From the NCBI GenBank assembly GCA_022448725.1, contig JAKUTR010000007.1, positions 5,945 to 69,944 of the forward strand: a stretch of 64,000 nucleotides of DNA. Direction: 5' to 3'. This DNA is from SAR202 cluster bacterium (lineage in GTDB: Bacteria > Chloroflexota > Dehalococcoidia > Lucifugimonadales > VXLM01). Position 1 is the first letter of the stretch. Every line of letters begins with the position of its first letter. The position numbers were made by a program, and so were the translations under genes. The notes below the pieces were generated by a model, which was not told the DNA's origin, did not search any database, and worked only from the letters and a program-made list of their open reading frames with translations. Below, piece after piece: positions 10,376 through 19,592 of the stretch.

Positions 10376-10643
10376 TTCAGCCTCCACGATGGGACTACCC
10401 GCATTGTAGGGCTGCTTGTGTTGTAGGTAAAGGAAGGGATTTGAAAGATAGAATTCATCTATAGATCTGGCAGCCGCCTATTTCATGGAAACAGCCTAGG
10501 AAAGTGGCTGGAACGACATGAAGGTACTTTTGGGCTTGATGGAACCCCTATTACCCTTGCAAGGTCGCTCTCGTAAGTTGATAGTGGTCACCCTTGCATA
10601 TAACTCGCAGATAGATGCGAAGTCGAATCAGGAAGGAAGAACG

Positions 10644-10937
10644 ATGAAGTCGAAGAGCACGGCAACGAAATCGAAAAAACGTATGGTAGAGCATCTCGAA
10701 GTTCTTAGGGACTACGCGACCCTGGCCATAGGAAACAACCAGATACTGAATTCTAAAGATCAGTCTGATAAAGATGAGCGGATGGCCGAATTTCTTACTA
10801 TAGGCAAAAGCTTAAAGATGGACTACAAGGACCTGGTAGCTCAGGTCTTAGACGGAACGCTAAGTAGCAAGAGACCTGAGTGTGGTTGCCCGACTTGCCA
10901 GAGTCGCGTGGATAAGGATCAACGGTCTATTAAGTGA
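10644..10937 (+). CDS. Small hypothetical protein with C-terminal CxCxxC motif
   Basis: RBS GGAAGGAAG before ATG 10644; Lys-rich N-terminus; ECGCPTC near the C-terminus. Confidence 0.6.
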   Translation: MKSKSTATKSKKRMVEHLEVLRDYATLAIGNNQILNSKDQSDKDERMAEFLTIGKSLKMDYKDLVAQVLDGTLSSKRPECGCPTCQSRVDKDQRSIK

Positions 10938-10988
10938 CCCTTCGGGTGTACCGTTTACCTCTATTTGAGGAACGGTTATGACAGTCCA

Positions 10989-11372
10989 CTACGTGCTAGC
11001 CTGCCACCTGCCCTCGCTAGCTTCAGCTTCTTGCTCACCTGGCCATGGTGGCATGGTGACAATGAGGACTGTTAGAGGTGAATCGCCTGTGTTACGGAAC
11101 TGAAAGCTTGTGCTGGTTGGGATTGTAAGTGAGGAACCTGCTGTCATTTTCGATATATCTTCTACGAGCCCGATCTTTCGCCATATCTCACCTCTCCCTT
11201 CTAGTACATACCATATCTCCTCAACAGTCCGATGCTTGACCGGAGAGGAAACTTTTCCGCTTTGCAGCGTTGCGTGCACCATACTTCCACGCAAAGTTTG
11301 GGAAAGGAGGCGGATCTCAGAGCCATCTGGTGCAAGGAGATCATAGTCCTGACTAAGGTTCCGGATTTGCAT
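10989..11372 (-). CDS. Cupin domain protein
   Basis: HRTVEEIWYVLEGRG and 'IPTSTSFQFRNTG' cupin motifs, MPPWPG. RBS AGGAGG before ATG 11372. Confidence 0.85.
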   Translation of the reverse strand: MQIRNLSQDYDLLAPDGSEIRLLSQTLRGSMVHATLQSGKVSSPVKHRTVEEIWYVLEGRGEIWRKIGLVEDISKMTAGSSLTIPTSTSFQFRNTGDSPLTVLIVTMPPWPGEQEAEASEGRWQAST

Positions 11373-11483
11373 AATCACCTCCTTTTCGTAGGTTCGCGCA
11401 CGTCCTACTTTTCGTCAACCTGTACCCTCCCTTGTCGCAGGGGATATGTTCATAGGAAAATTAAGGCCCTTTGAGGAGGCAAG

Positions 11484-12608
11484 ATGTACCGGGTTGGAAT
11501 TATCGGGCTAGGCCCAGTTGCAATTAGGAAGAGTCAAAGTGAAGGGCTACCCGCCTTTCAAGGAAAGCCTGCATCGGACGATATCATTCAAGCAGGCATT
11601 GATCCATCGTCGCCAGCTACGGTTCTTGGCGATCCTGTTTTAGTTTCTCACGCGGCTTCCCTCGCGAAAATCTCTGAGATCCAAGTCGTAGCAGTCTGCG
11701 ACGTTAGTGCTGCACGAATCAAGCGCTTTTTTCACAATTGGAGTGACATTTGGCCAGGCACACGTTCATACACAGATTACTCTGAGATGATGAGAAGAGA
11801 GGAGCTGGATTTAATTGCTGTCTGCACCCCCGAGCACTTGCATGTAGAACCGGTTGTAGCTGCAGCTGAAAGTGGTGTTAAGGGAATTTTATGCGAGAAG
11901 CCCATAGCGACGAGTCTTGAGGATGCTGATCGTATGATTAAAGCATGTGACAACAATAATGTTGTGCTGAATATTGAGTACACCCGTCGGTGGAGCCCAC
12001 TTTTCCTGACGGTGCGACAAGTTTTGAGATCTGGGGCAATCGGGAATGTCACATCGATATCTGGAGCATTTGGAGGCGCTCAAGCTTGGATGTTCCGTAG
12101 CGGGTCACACCTCTTGGATGCTATGTGTTTCTTCTCGGAATCAGATCCCGAGATAGCGTCTGCACACCTAGAACATGGTTACGATGACTGGGATAGATAC
12201 CGTGGTTCTGGGGGAGGGAATCTAACTGAGCGCGATCCCGGAGCGACTGGGTACGTCGTATTTAAAAACGGTGTGCGATGCTTCTACACGTGTATCAATA
12301 GCTCTCCAGATTTTTACCGCGAGTTCCTTATCGTTGGGAACGAGGGCTACATTTCCTTCCCTTTCAACGGAGAGATAGGAACTTTGCATACTAGGTCGAC
12401 TGTTGACCCGTCAATGGCTAGTAGTAGTGTCATTCAGCCAGAATCTTACCGAACACGAGCGATTGAGGCAGCCTATCGCGAGTTGATCGAAAACATCTCG
12501 TCCGGTACAAAAAGCGTTTCACCGGCTCAAGAATCTAGGAAGTCAGTTGCGATCATGATGGCTTTCCTCAAGTCGCATAAAGAACAAGGCAGGCTAGTGA
12601 AGGTATGA
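11484..12608 (+). CDS. Gfo/Idh/MocA family NAD(P)-dependent oxidoreductase
   Basis: VGIIGLG Rossmann start, 'CTPEHLH', 'ILCEKPIA', 'GSHLLD'. Confidence 0.88.
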   Translation: MYRVGIIGLGPVAIRKSQSEGLPAFQGKPASDDIIQAGIDPSSPATVLGDPVLVSHAASLAKISEIQVVAVCDVSAARIKRFFHNWSDIWPGTRSYTDYSEMMRREELDLIAVCTPEHLHVEPVVAAAESGVKGILCEKPIATSLEDADRMIKACDNNNVVLNIEYTRRWSPLFLTVRQVLRSGAIGNVTSISGAFGGAQAWMFRSGSHLLDAMCFFSESDPEIASAHLEHGYDDWDRYRGSGGGNLTERDPGATGYVVFKNGVRCFYTCINSSPDFYREFLIVGNEGYISFPFNGEIGTLHTRSTVDPSMASSSVIQPESYRTRAIEAAYRELIENISSGTKSVSPAQESRKSVAIMMAFLKSHKEQGRLVKV

Positions 12609-12700
12609 ATGAGGCGTAGTTACTCGTAAGAACCGACTCAACGAGAAGAGTCGTTTGCCGATTAGATTGGGCGTTTTTCTGACTTACTTCCTTTCGAAAC

Positions 12701-13675
12701 CTAGTACTCCCTTATTAACAGGAACTCTACAATCTGTGAGATTTCGTGTTTGGTAGTGGGAGCGATATCGGCGTTATCAATAGCTTCCATAGCCATTGAG
12801 CCGTGTTCTTGTAATAGGTTCTCCGCGTACTCTTGACTACCAGCAGTGGCCATAATGTCTAGTACATCCACCACATCCTGTCCGGAAATCTCGTTTTTGG
12901 CGTAGATGGATTTCAATTGGTGCTGTTGAGTTCCCTTTGATTGGGCCATTGCATGAACAATTGGGAGGGAATTCTTCTTTCTCCGGATATCTGATCCTAC
13001 TGGCTTGCCCGTTTTTTTCTCTTCTCCCCAAGTACCTAACATATCGTCTCGTATCTGGAAAACATACCCAAGAGAGCGACCGAAATTTTGGAAAGCCTTG
13101 ATACGCACAGTATCTTTCGTGCCAATAACCGCACCGATGTTCACTGAACATCTAATTAAGGCTCCTGTTTTTCGAGAGATCATGTCGAGGTACTCAGCCA
13201 GCTCGGTATCGCTGTGGCCTTCATACGCAACGTCAAGGTACTGTCCTTCGATCATCGATAGGTATGATTCGGTCAATAGATGAACCACTTTAGTTGCAAC
13301 GGTGTAATCTAGGCCTTGCTTATCCAGGTTCCACAAAGCTTGGTCGGCCACTGCACGAAGAAGATTGCCTGCAACGAGTGCTTTTGGTTTGCCCCAAATA
13401 GACCATACTGTCGGCCGACCCCATCGCACCTCGTCTTGGTCCTGAATATCATCATGGACTAAGGAAAAGTTGTGGATGAACTCTACAGAGACTGCCCCCG
13501 GGATTGCGAGGGCGGGATCTCCGCCTACTGCTTCGCACGTCAGAAGACAGAGAGTGGGTCGTAACGCCTTCCCGGTCCTCGAAGCAATAGGTTTTGCATC
13601 TACGTCTACCCAACCCATGTTGTAGCGTAGGACGTCGTAGGCTATACCTTCGCGGTGGTATAGGTGTGAGCGCAT
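12701..13675 (-). CDS. Polyprenyl diphosphate synthase, probably short-chain GGPP synthase (IdsA-type)
   Basis: GKALRP, first Asp-rich motif FSLVHDDIQD with Phe at -5 (chain-length determinant), KTGAL, FQIRDD. The true start is probably upstream (see findings). Confidence 0.9.
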   Translation of the reverse strand: MRSHLYHREGIAYDVLRYNMGWVDVDAKPIASRTGKALRPTLCLLTCEAVGGDPALAIPGAVSVEFIHNFSLVHDDIQDQDEVRWGRPTVWSIWGKPKALVAGNLLRAVADQALWNLDKQGLDYTVATKVVHLLTESYLSMIEGQYLDVAYEGHSDTELAEYLDMISRKTGALIRCSVNIGAVIGTKDTVRIKAFQNFGRSLGYVFQIRDDMLGTWGEEKKTGKPVGSDIRRKKNSLPIVHAMAQSKGTQQHQLKSIYAKNEISGQDVVDVLDIMATAGSQEYAENLLQEHGSMAMEAIDNADIAPTTKHEISQIVEFLLIREY

Positions 13676-13883
13676 TGCAGCGTTCAGGCTTTCTCTATAC
13701 TTTTCGAATGCTGTTGGGAGGCTTATGGTAGTAGTCGTACGTATTTGAGAACCGCCCTTTCTGTCCTCATTGAGCTATCAATTTCACCCGTGTCCGATCC
13801 TCCATTAGCCCCTTTATACAGGCACGAAACGTATCTGTGGAAGATGCTAGCAATACGATCTGTGTTGTGTCAATATGGGCAAC

Positions 13884-13907
13884 CGCAAGTGAAATTTTTC
13901 ACTTGCG
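13884..13907. promoter_or_regulatory. Perfect palindromic operator upstream of nuoA, with Rex/CRP-like core
   Basis: CGCAAGTGAAA-TT-TTTCACTTGCG, 11-bp arms; core GTGAA-N4-TTCAC; overlaps the predicted -35 box. Confidence 0.7.
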
Positions 13908-13931
13908 TAGGTATACCCCCTATGCTATATT
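13903..13931 (+). promoter_or_regulatory. Sigma70-type promoter of the nuo operon
   Basis: TTGCGT (13903-13908), 17 bp spacer, TATATT (13926-13931) with extended TG. Confidence 0.65.
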
Positions 13932-13937
13932 CCGGCC

Positions 13938-14390
13938 ATGGGTGGAGAAGCGGCTGTTCTCGATGACTATTTTCGACACTATGGTCTCGTGGCGATCTTT
14001 ACGGCCGTGGCCGTGGCCGTCCCGGTGGGGATGTTACTGGTGTCTTGGGCGGCTTCATTGAATGTTGATAAACTCACCTTAGGCGGGTTCGGGTCTTTCG
14101 TTCGCGTCCGTCCCTCAAAGCCAGATGATGTGAAAATGAGTATCTACGAGTGTGGTTTCGAGACGCTCTCAGGTACGTGGCATCGGTTTAACTTTCGATT
14201 TTACTCATTCGCCTTGATATTTGTCGTATTTGATGTCGAGGTTGTGTTCCTCTTTCCATGGGCTGCTAGTTTCGGAATACTGTCGACCCAATTTGGAATA
14301 TTTGTGCTGGCGGAGATGGGGCTTTTCATCGCGATATTGGTTGTAGGGTGGTTGTATGCATGGCGCAAAGGTGCCTTGGAGTGGGCTTAA
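13938..14390 (+). CDS. nuoA: NADH-quinone oxidoreductase subunit A
   Basis: KMSIYECGFE, FNFRFYSFALIFVVFDVEVVFLFPWA, YAWRKGALEW. Confidence 0.95.
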   Translation: MGGEAAVLDDYFRHYGLVAIFTAVAVAVPVGMLLVSWAASLNVDKLTLGGFGSFVRVRPSKPDDVKMSIYECGFETLSGTWHRFNFRFYSFALIFVVFDVEVVFLFPWAASFGILSTQFGIFVLAEMGLFIAILVVGWLYAWRKGALEWA

Positions 14391-15026
14391 ATGACGTTTG
14401 ACGATCTGGATTTGCCGGGAAGTTCGATACCCCTATTCAGTAAGACTGGAGATCTTGACCGTCAAGAAGGCGACTATGTCAATTTCCTTAAGTCTAATAA
14501 CACTGAACCCATCGCTGAGCCGCTGATAGAGGTTCCTGATGATCTCAAGAGAAATCTCGCAGTGACTTCTCTTGACGCCTTGGTCAACTGGGGTCGAAAG
14601 TCGGCCGTTTGGCCTTTGTCGTTTGGGCTAGCGTGCTGCGCTTTTGAAATGATGGCGAGTGCGATGTCTCGGTTTGACATATCTCGTTTCGGTATGGAGG
14701 TGTTTAGGGCGTCACCCCGCCAGGCTGATTTGATGATTGTTGCAGGTACCGTCACTTGGAAGATGGCACCTGCCATAGAGCGAGTCTACAAACAGATGGC
14801 TGAACCTAGGTGGGTAATCTCGATGGGTGTTTGCGCGACGAGCGGTGGGCCCTACTATGAGTCTTACAGCGTTGTACCGGGTGTGAACCACATAGTGCCA
14901 GTTGATGTATACGTCCCAGGCTGTCCACCCCGTCCGGACGCACTACTGTATGGGATCATGCAACTCCACGAGAAGATTAAACGATACTCTGTTCTGGGGG
15001 ATGAGATCAGGAACCCAGCGGGATGA
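14391..15026 (+). CDS. nuoB: NADH-quinone oxidoreductase subunit B
   Basis: [42 protein letters not shown] (N2 ligands). Confidence 0.97.
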   Translation: MTFDDLDLPGSSIPLFSKTGDLDRQEGDYVNFLKSNNTEPIAEPLIEVPDDLKRNLAVTSLDALVNWGRKSAVWPLSFGLACCAFEMMASAMSRFDISRFGMEVFRASPRQADLMIVAGTVTWKMAPAIERVYKQMAEPRWVISMGVCATSGGPYYESYSVVPGVNHIVPVDVYVPGCPPRPDALLYGIMQLHEKIKRYSVLGDEIRNPAG

Positions 15027-15466
15027 CGAAGCTATTTGTTGGTACTGAGCTAGCCAAGGTTATTGAGCTCAACCATCCAGACTCGATCGCTGATCACAGT
15101 GATGCTGCTGCTATTATCCACCCTGGGCAAATTCACGAAGTTCTGGCTTTTCTCAAACAAGCTGAAGATCTGGACTTTCAGGTCCTAAGCGCCCTGACGG
15201 CAGTCGACTACATTGAATACTTCGAAGTCATTTACCATCTACTTTCGATGCGCCGAAACACTCGTTGTGTGATTAAGGCCCGCCTGCCAGGCAGGGAGGA
15301 ATTGACGATCCCTTCCGTTACTGATCTGTGGAGAGGCGCTGAACTGCAGGAGCGTGAGATTTGGGATCTAATGGGCATAAAGTTTGAGGACCATCCAAAT
15401 ATGAAAAGGATACTTTTGTGGGAAGGTTTTCCAGGACACCCACTCCGTAAGGATTTCATAAGGTAG
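15023..15466 (+). CDS. nuoC: NADH-quinone oxidoreductase subunit C
   Basis: [35 protein letters not shown]. Confidence 0.95.
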   Translation: MTKLFVGTELAKVIELNHPDSIADHSDAAAIIHPGQIHEVLAFLKQAEDLDFQVLSALTAVDYIEYFEVIYHLLSMRRNTRCVIKARLPGREELTIPSVTDLWRGAELQEREIWDLMGIKFEDHPNMKRILLWEGFPGHPLRKDFIR

Positions 15467-15487
15467 GAAGACGCACCAATCACTAAA

Positions 15488-16591
15488 ATGGCAATCAAGA
15501 CTGAACCAATCACTATAAACATGGGCCCACAACACCCGAGCACGCACGGTGTGTTCCGGCTTCGAGTTACCTTCGATGGGGAGGTGGTGGTGGATGTTGA
15601 ACCAGTTTTTGGATACCTCCATCGGGGTACTGAGAAGCTTGCTGAGGAGCGGACTTATGTCCAGATCGTCACGTTAACCGATCGATTGGATTATACGGCG
15701 AGTATGTCGAACAATTTGGCTTATGTCCGGTCTGTTGAAAAGCTAGGAGGTATCGAGGTTCCGGAACGAGCCCAGTACTTGCGTGTTATATGCGCAGAAT
15801 TGCAGAGAATTGCGAGTCACTTTGTTTCTATAGGGTTCATGTTGCAAGAGTTAGGTGCGTTTGGTACCCCGCTGATGTACTGTTTTCGTGAACGTGAGCG
15901 GATTCTCGATCTTTTTGAAATGTTATGCGGTGCGCGGATTACCTTGAGTTATATGCGTCCAGGAGGCTTGATTCAGGACGCACCTGAAGATTTTTGGCCA
16001 GCCCTAGGCATCCTCATGGAAAGCATGCCTGAATACATTGACGATCTTGAAGGACTGGTCACATCGAATGAAATCGTGTTAGCACGCACCCGCGATGTGG
16101 GGATTATTTCACCGGAACTTGCAGTCAATGGTTCCGTCACGGGTCCCATGCTACGTGCTAGTGGTGTGCAATGGGATCTTCGAAAAGCAAACCCGTACGA
16201 AGTTTACGACCGGTTGGAGTTCGATGTTCCAATCGGCTACCAAGGTGATACTTACGATCGGTATTTGGTACGTGTTCAAGAAATGCGTGAAAGCGTACGG
16301 ATCATTGAACAATGTATTAAGCAAATTCCTGGAGGGGCGATTCAGTCAGAGGCACCGTTCTTTGTACGCCCGCCTGTTGGGGACGTATACGATGCGATTG
16401 AGGCGCCCAAGGGGGAACTGGGGTTCTACCTGGTTAGCGATGGGGGTATATCGCCGTACAGGTGCAAGATCCGCGCTCCGTCCTTTATCAACTTAACCGT
16501 GTTGAGGGATATGCTGGTTGGTTGGAAGCTAGCAGATCTGGTTGTTATATTCGGTAGTACAGACGTAGTTTTAGGAGAGGTCGACAGGTAG
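15488..16591 (+). CDS. nuoD: NADH-quinone oxidoreductase subunit D
   Basis: NMGPQHPSTHGVFRL, GYLHRGTEK, DRLDY, EAPKGELG, GEVDR; no NiFe CxxC motifs. Confidence 0.97.
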   Translation: MAIKTEPITINMGPQHPSTHGVFRLRVTFDGEVVVDVEPVFGYLHRGTEKLAEERTYVQIVTLTDRLDYTASMSNNLAYVRSVEKLGGIEVPERAQYLRVICAELQRIASHFVSIGFMLQELGAFGTPLMYCFRERERILDLFEMLCGARITLSYMRPGGLIQDAPEDFWPALGILMESMPEYIDDLEGLVTSNEIVLARTRDVGIISPELAVNGSVTGPMLRASGVQWDLRKANPYEVYDRLEFDVPIGYQGDTYDRYLVRVQEMRESVRIIEQCIKQIPGGAIQSEAPFFVRPPVGDVYDAIEAPKGELGFYLVSDGGISPYRCKIRAPSFINLTVLRDMLVGWKLADLVVIFGSTDVVLGEVDR

Positions 16592-16606
16592 GCCCTAATA
16601 ACTATT

Positions 16607-17794
16607 ATGAGTTTTGATCAATTATACGATCTTCTTGACAGATTCGTGCCAGAATCAATCGACTGGATGGTCTTCACTGTCACCGCATTGATTCTTTCGC
16701 TAGCTGTGATAAACGCGATGGTGCTTTGCACAGCGCTATATACTTGGTTCGAGCGTCGTATGTTGGGACGATTCCAGTCACGTATCGGCCCTAACCGCTG
16801 GGGGCCATTCGGTTTGCTTCAACCGATTGCCGATGTAATCAAGCTACTAGTCAAAGAAGATGTAATACCTGTTGTCGCTGACAGGGCCGTTTTCACTTTA
16901 GCGCCAGTTGTTCTCTTGGTCCCGGCTCTAATGGTGTTTATTGTGATTCCCTTCGGAGAGCAGAGCTTTTTGGGGAAACTCAATGTTGGTGTCCTATTTA
17001 TTCTGGGCGTCACAGGAGTTAACACGCTTGCAATCATTATGGGCGGCTGGGCGTCCCGAAATAAGTACGCTCTGTTTGGGGCTATGCGTGGTGCTGCTAT
17101 GCTCATCAGCTATGAAGTACCAATGGCACTCAGCTTGATAGGGGTCATCATACTTGCCGGTTCGATTTCACTGGTTGATATAGTCAGCAGTCAGGGCATT
17201 TTCTATATTCTTGTTCAACCGCTAGCGTTCCTTGTTTTCATGGCTGCAGCCTCGGCTGAAATGAGCAGGGCACCCTTTGACATGATTGAGTCCGAGTCTG
17301 AGCTTGGAGCTGGCTACCATACTGAGTACAGTGGTATAAAGTATGCGATTTTTCAACTAGCTGAGTTTATGGCACCACTCGTCACTGCCGCTGTCGCAAC
17401 GGTCGTTTTCCTTGGTGGAACCAAAGGGATCGACCCGATTCCCGGGCAGGTGTGGTTTTTGTTGAAAGCGTTTTCGGTAGTTTTCGTGTTGCTTTGGGTT
17501 CGAGCAACGTGGCCACGTCTGCGAGTCGACCAGATAATGGGATTTGCGTGGAAAGGGCTGTTCCCATTATCGGTCATTAATTTCTTTGTGGTCGCGGTTG
17601 AGTTGTTTGTTCTCCAGGAGCCTGACGGAACGATAACCAACCAGTCGATGATGATTATGACTGGGATAAACTGGGTTGTGATGGTGGTTTCAATTGTTTT
17701 AATCGCAACAGTGCTGGGGCAGGGCAAACTGCAACACAAGTTGCCTCCACAGCCCTCGTCGCTTGCCAATATGGCCGCATCGGAAGGAGATTAG
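16607..17794 (+). CDS. nuoH: NADH-quinone oxidoreductase subunit H
   Basis: ERR..GRFQSRIGPNRWGPFGLLQPIAD, ISYE, RAPFD..ESESEL..GY.TEYSG, PRLRVDQ. Confidence 0.96.
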   Translation: MSFDQLYDLLDRFVPESIDWMVFTVTALILSLAVINAMVLCTALYTWFERRMLGRFQSRIGPNRWGPFGLLQPIADVIKLLVKEDVIPVVADRAVFTLAPVVLLVPALMVFIVIPFGEQSFLGKLNVGVLFILGVTGVNTLAIIMGGWASRNKYALFGAMRGAAMLISYEVPMALSLIGVIILAGSISLVDIVSSQGIFYILVQPLAFLVFMAAASAEMSRAPFDMIESESELGAGYHTEYSGIKYAIFQLAEFMAPLVTAAVATVVFLGGTKGIDPIPGQVWFLLKAFSVVFVLLWVRATWPRLRVDQIMGFAWKGLFPLSVINFFVVAVELFVLQEPDGTITNQSMMIMTGINWVVMVVSIVLIATVLGQGKLQHKLPPQPSSLANMAASEGD

Positions 17795-17797
17795 AAA

Positions 17798-18466
17798 GTG
17801 TATGGACTAGGGATGGTTAGAGGTATGGGGGTGACCTTCAAAAATCTAGTATTGCCTAGTCGTCAGTTCGCCGTACAATACCCCAACCGTAAGATCAGTT
17901 TGTTTGAGCTCGCTAAAGAAAACGATACTGACGTCGTAAGTTTTGCTATCAACAACCCTGTACAGGCTATAAAAGCCCTCGCAGGTTTTGTGGAAGTACC
18001 GGTAAGACTTCCTCAACACTCAAGATTCCGAGGCGAAGAATTCACATGGTATGAGCAACGGTGCACGGGCTGTGCTAGCTGTGCCAAGTTCTGCCCACTT
18101 GGAATTATTAAGATAGTTACTGACACGAGCGGTAAGTACGAACAAGATGGAGGCAAATACGATATCGAGGTTTTCGATATCGACATAGGTCGCTGCATGT
18201 TCTGTGGACTCTGTGTTCAGGCATGTCCGTATGATGCACTCCACATGGGCAGTGGTTTTGAGGAAGGCGTTTACAGACGTGATGATCTCGTAATCGACGT
18301 GGAACGTCTCAAGGCTGCTCCTAAGAAGCCCAGTACCTGGTATCGGCCACAGATTGAATCACAAAACTTTGATCCCCAAAGTGACGATATGCGAGAGTAT
18401 CTCGATGTGGGTCGCCACGAGCGCCCAAGCCAGGATCAACAGGTTGACAGGTGGGCGAAGCGTTGA
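17798..18466 (+). CDS. nuoI: NADH-quinone oxidoreductase subunit I
   Basis: Two CxxCxxCxxxCP ferredoxin motifs (CTGCASCAKFCP; CMFCGLCVQACP); QYP...RFRG; GTG start. Confidence 0.93.
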   Translation: MYGLGMVRGMGVTFKNLVLPSRQFAVQYPNRKISLFELAKENDTDVVSFAINNPVQAIKALAGFVEVPVRLPQHSRFRGEEFTWYEQRCTGCASCAKFCPLGIIKIVTDTSGKYEQDGGKYDIEVFDIDIGRCMFCGLCVQACPYDALHMGSGFEEGVYRRDDLVIDVERLKAAPKKPSTWYRPQIESQNFDPQSDDMREYLDVGRHERPSQDQQVDRWAKR

Positions 18467-19038
18467 ATCTAGGAAGTGGCACAGAATCAACGATCGTATT
18501 GGATATCGCCTTTTGGGTGATTTCAGTATCTACTATCATAGCTGGGCTAGCGGTGGTGTTTATGAAGGACGTGTTCCGCGCAGCCCTATTCCTCGTAGTG
18601 GCTTTCCTTGGCACAGCAGGTTTGTTTGTGCTCTTACGTGCAGAGTTTCTAGCCGTGGTACAGGTGATTATCTACGTTGGGGCTATCTCAGTATTAATTC
18701 TGTTCGCCATTTTGATGACACGGGATACTGAACAGGGTAGCCCTTCCAACCGCCTTCGGTACCCGGCCGGAGGAGTCGCATTACTGTTCATGGGGGCTGC
18801 CATATTTGTCTCTTTCAATAGTGACTGGGTGTTACTCACGGAATTTCTTCAAGGTGGAGTCGGAGAAACACCGGGTTTATCTGAAGCAACAGTTGCAAAG
18901 GTTAACGAGGTTTATGCTGATACTGTTCCGGTAATTGCGAGTCTACTTCTAAGAGACTACGTGCTTGCCTTTGAGGTCGTATCAGTATTGCTGCTGGCGG
19001 CTGTTATAGGCGCACTGGCTTTGGTTAGGGAGCGCTAG
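18451..19038 (+). CDS. nuoJ: NADH-quinone oxidoreductase subunit J
   Basis: AEFLAVVQVIIYVGAISVLILFAIL, YVLAFEVVSVLLLAAVIGA. Exact start uncertain. Confidence 0.92.
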   Translation: MGEALNLGSGTESTIVLDIAFWVISVSTIIAGLAVVFMKDVFRAALFLVVAFLGTAGLFVLLRAEFLAVVQVIIYVGAISVLILFAILMTRDTEQGSPSNRLRYPAGGVALLFMGAAIFVSFNSDWVLLTEFLQGGVGETPGLSEATVAKVNEVYADTVPVIASLLLRDYVLAFEVVSVLLLAAVIGALALVRER

Positions 19039-19039
19039 T

Positions 19040-19393
19040 ATGAGTCTCGAGAATTTTCTGTTAGTTGGGGCAATTCTTTTCTCCATTGGGATGTATGGAG
19101 CTATTTCTAGAAGAAGTGCCGTGGTCGTTCTCATGAGCCTTGAATTGATGTTCACGGCAGTCAATATCACAGCTGTTGCTTTGTCGCGCTACGTTTTGCC
19201 TGCAGGGCTGATATTCGATCCATCGACAACCAGCGATTTAGTCACTCGTTCACTGCTAACAGGCCACGTATTCGCGATCTTCATAATCACTGTTGGGGCG
19301 GCTGAGGTGGCCCTTGGAGTAGCGATTGTCATTATGCTCTATAGGAACCGCGAGACAGTATTTGTCACAGATGCCAACCAGATGAGGCACTAA
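19040..19393 (+). CDS. nuoK: NADH-quinone oxidoreductase subunit K
   Basis: LFSIGMYG, LMSLELM, GAAEVALGVAI. Confidence 0.94.
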   Translation: MSLENFLLVGAILFSIGMYGAISRRSAVVVLMSLELMFTAVNITAVALSRYVLPAGLIFDPSTTSDLVTRSLLTGHVFAIFIITVGAAEVALGVAIVIMLYRNRETVFVTDANQMRH

Positions 19394-19397
19394 AGAT

Positions 19398-19592
19398 ATG
19401 TACACTGATTATCGAGAGGCTCCCAACCTAGTCATCGCTGAGATGTGGAAGAATGTTTTGGAAGGCGAAGGTCTACCTACGAAAATTCTCCCGAAAGGAG
19501 ACATCCGCTCTTGGGGGGAGCGCGTTCCTTTCCGGGTAATGGTCCCTCGGGGACGTGAACATGTTGCAGACGAGATTTTGAGGAAGCTGTAG
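19398..19592 (+). CDS. Small DUF2007-like (putative signal-transducing, PII-like fold) protein inside the nuo operon
   Basis: 64 aa with pattern 'N...AE..K..LE.EG......V.V......A.EIL'. Starts 4 bp after the nuoK stop; its TAG overlaps the nuoL GTG. Confidence 0.7.
   Translation: MYTDYREAPNLVIAEMWKNVLEGEGLPTKILPKGDIRSWGERVPFRVMVPRGREHVADEILRKL

Noticed and set aside
14391-16591. Group 4 [NiFe]-hydrogenase
   Set aside because: The NuoD-like subunit has no CxxC nickel ligands and ends in GEVDR, typical of complex I.
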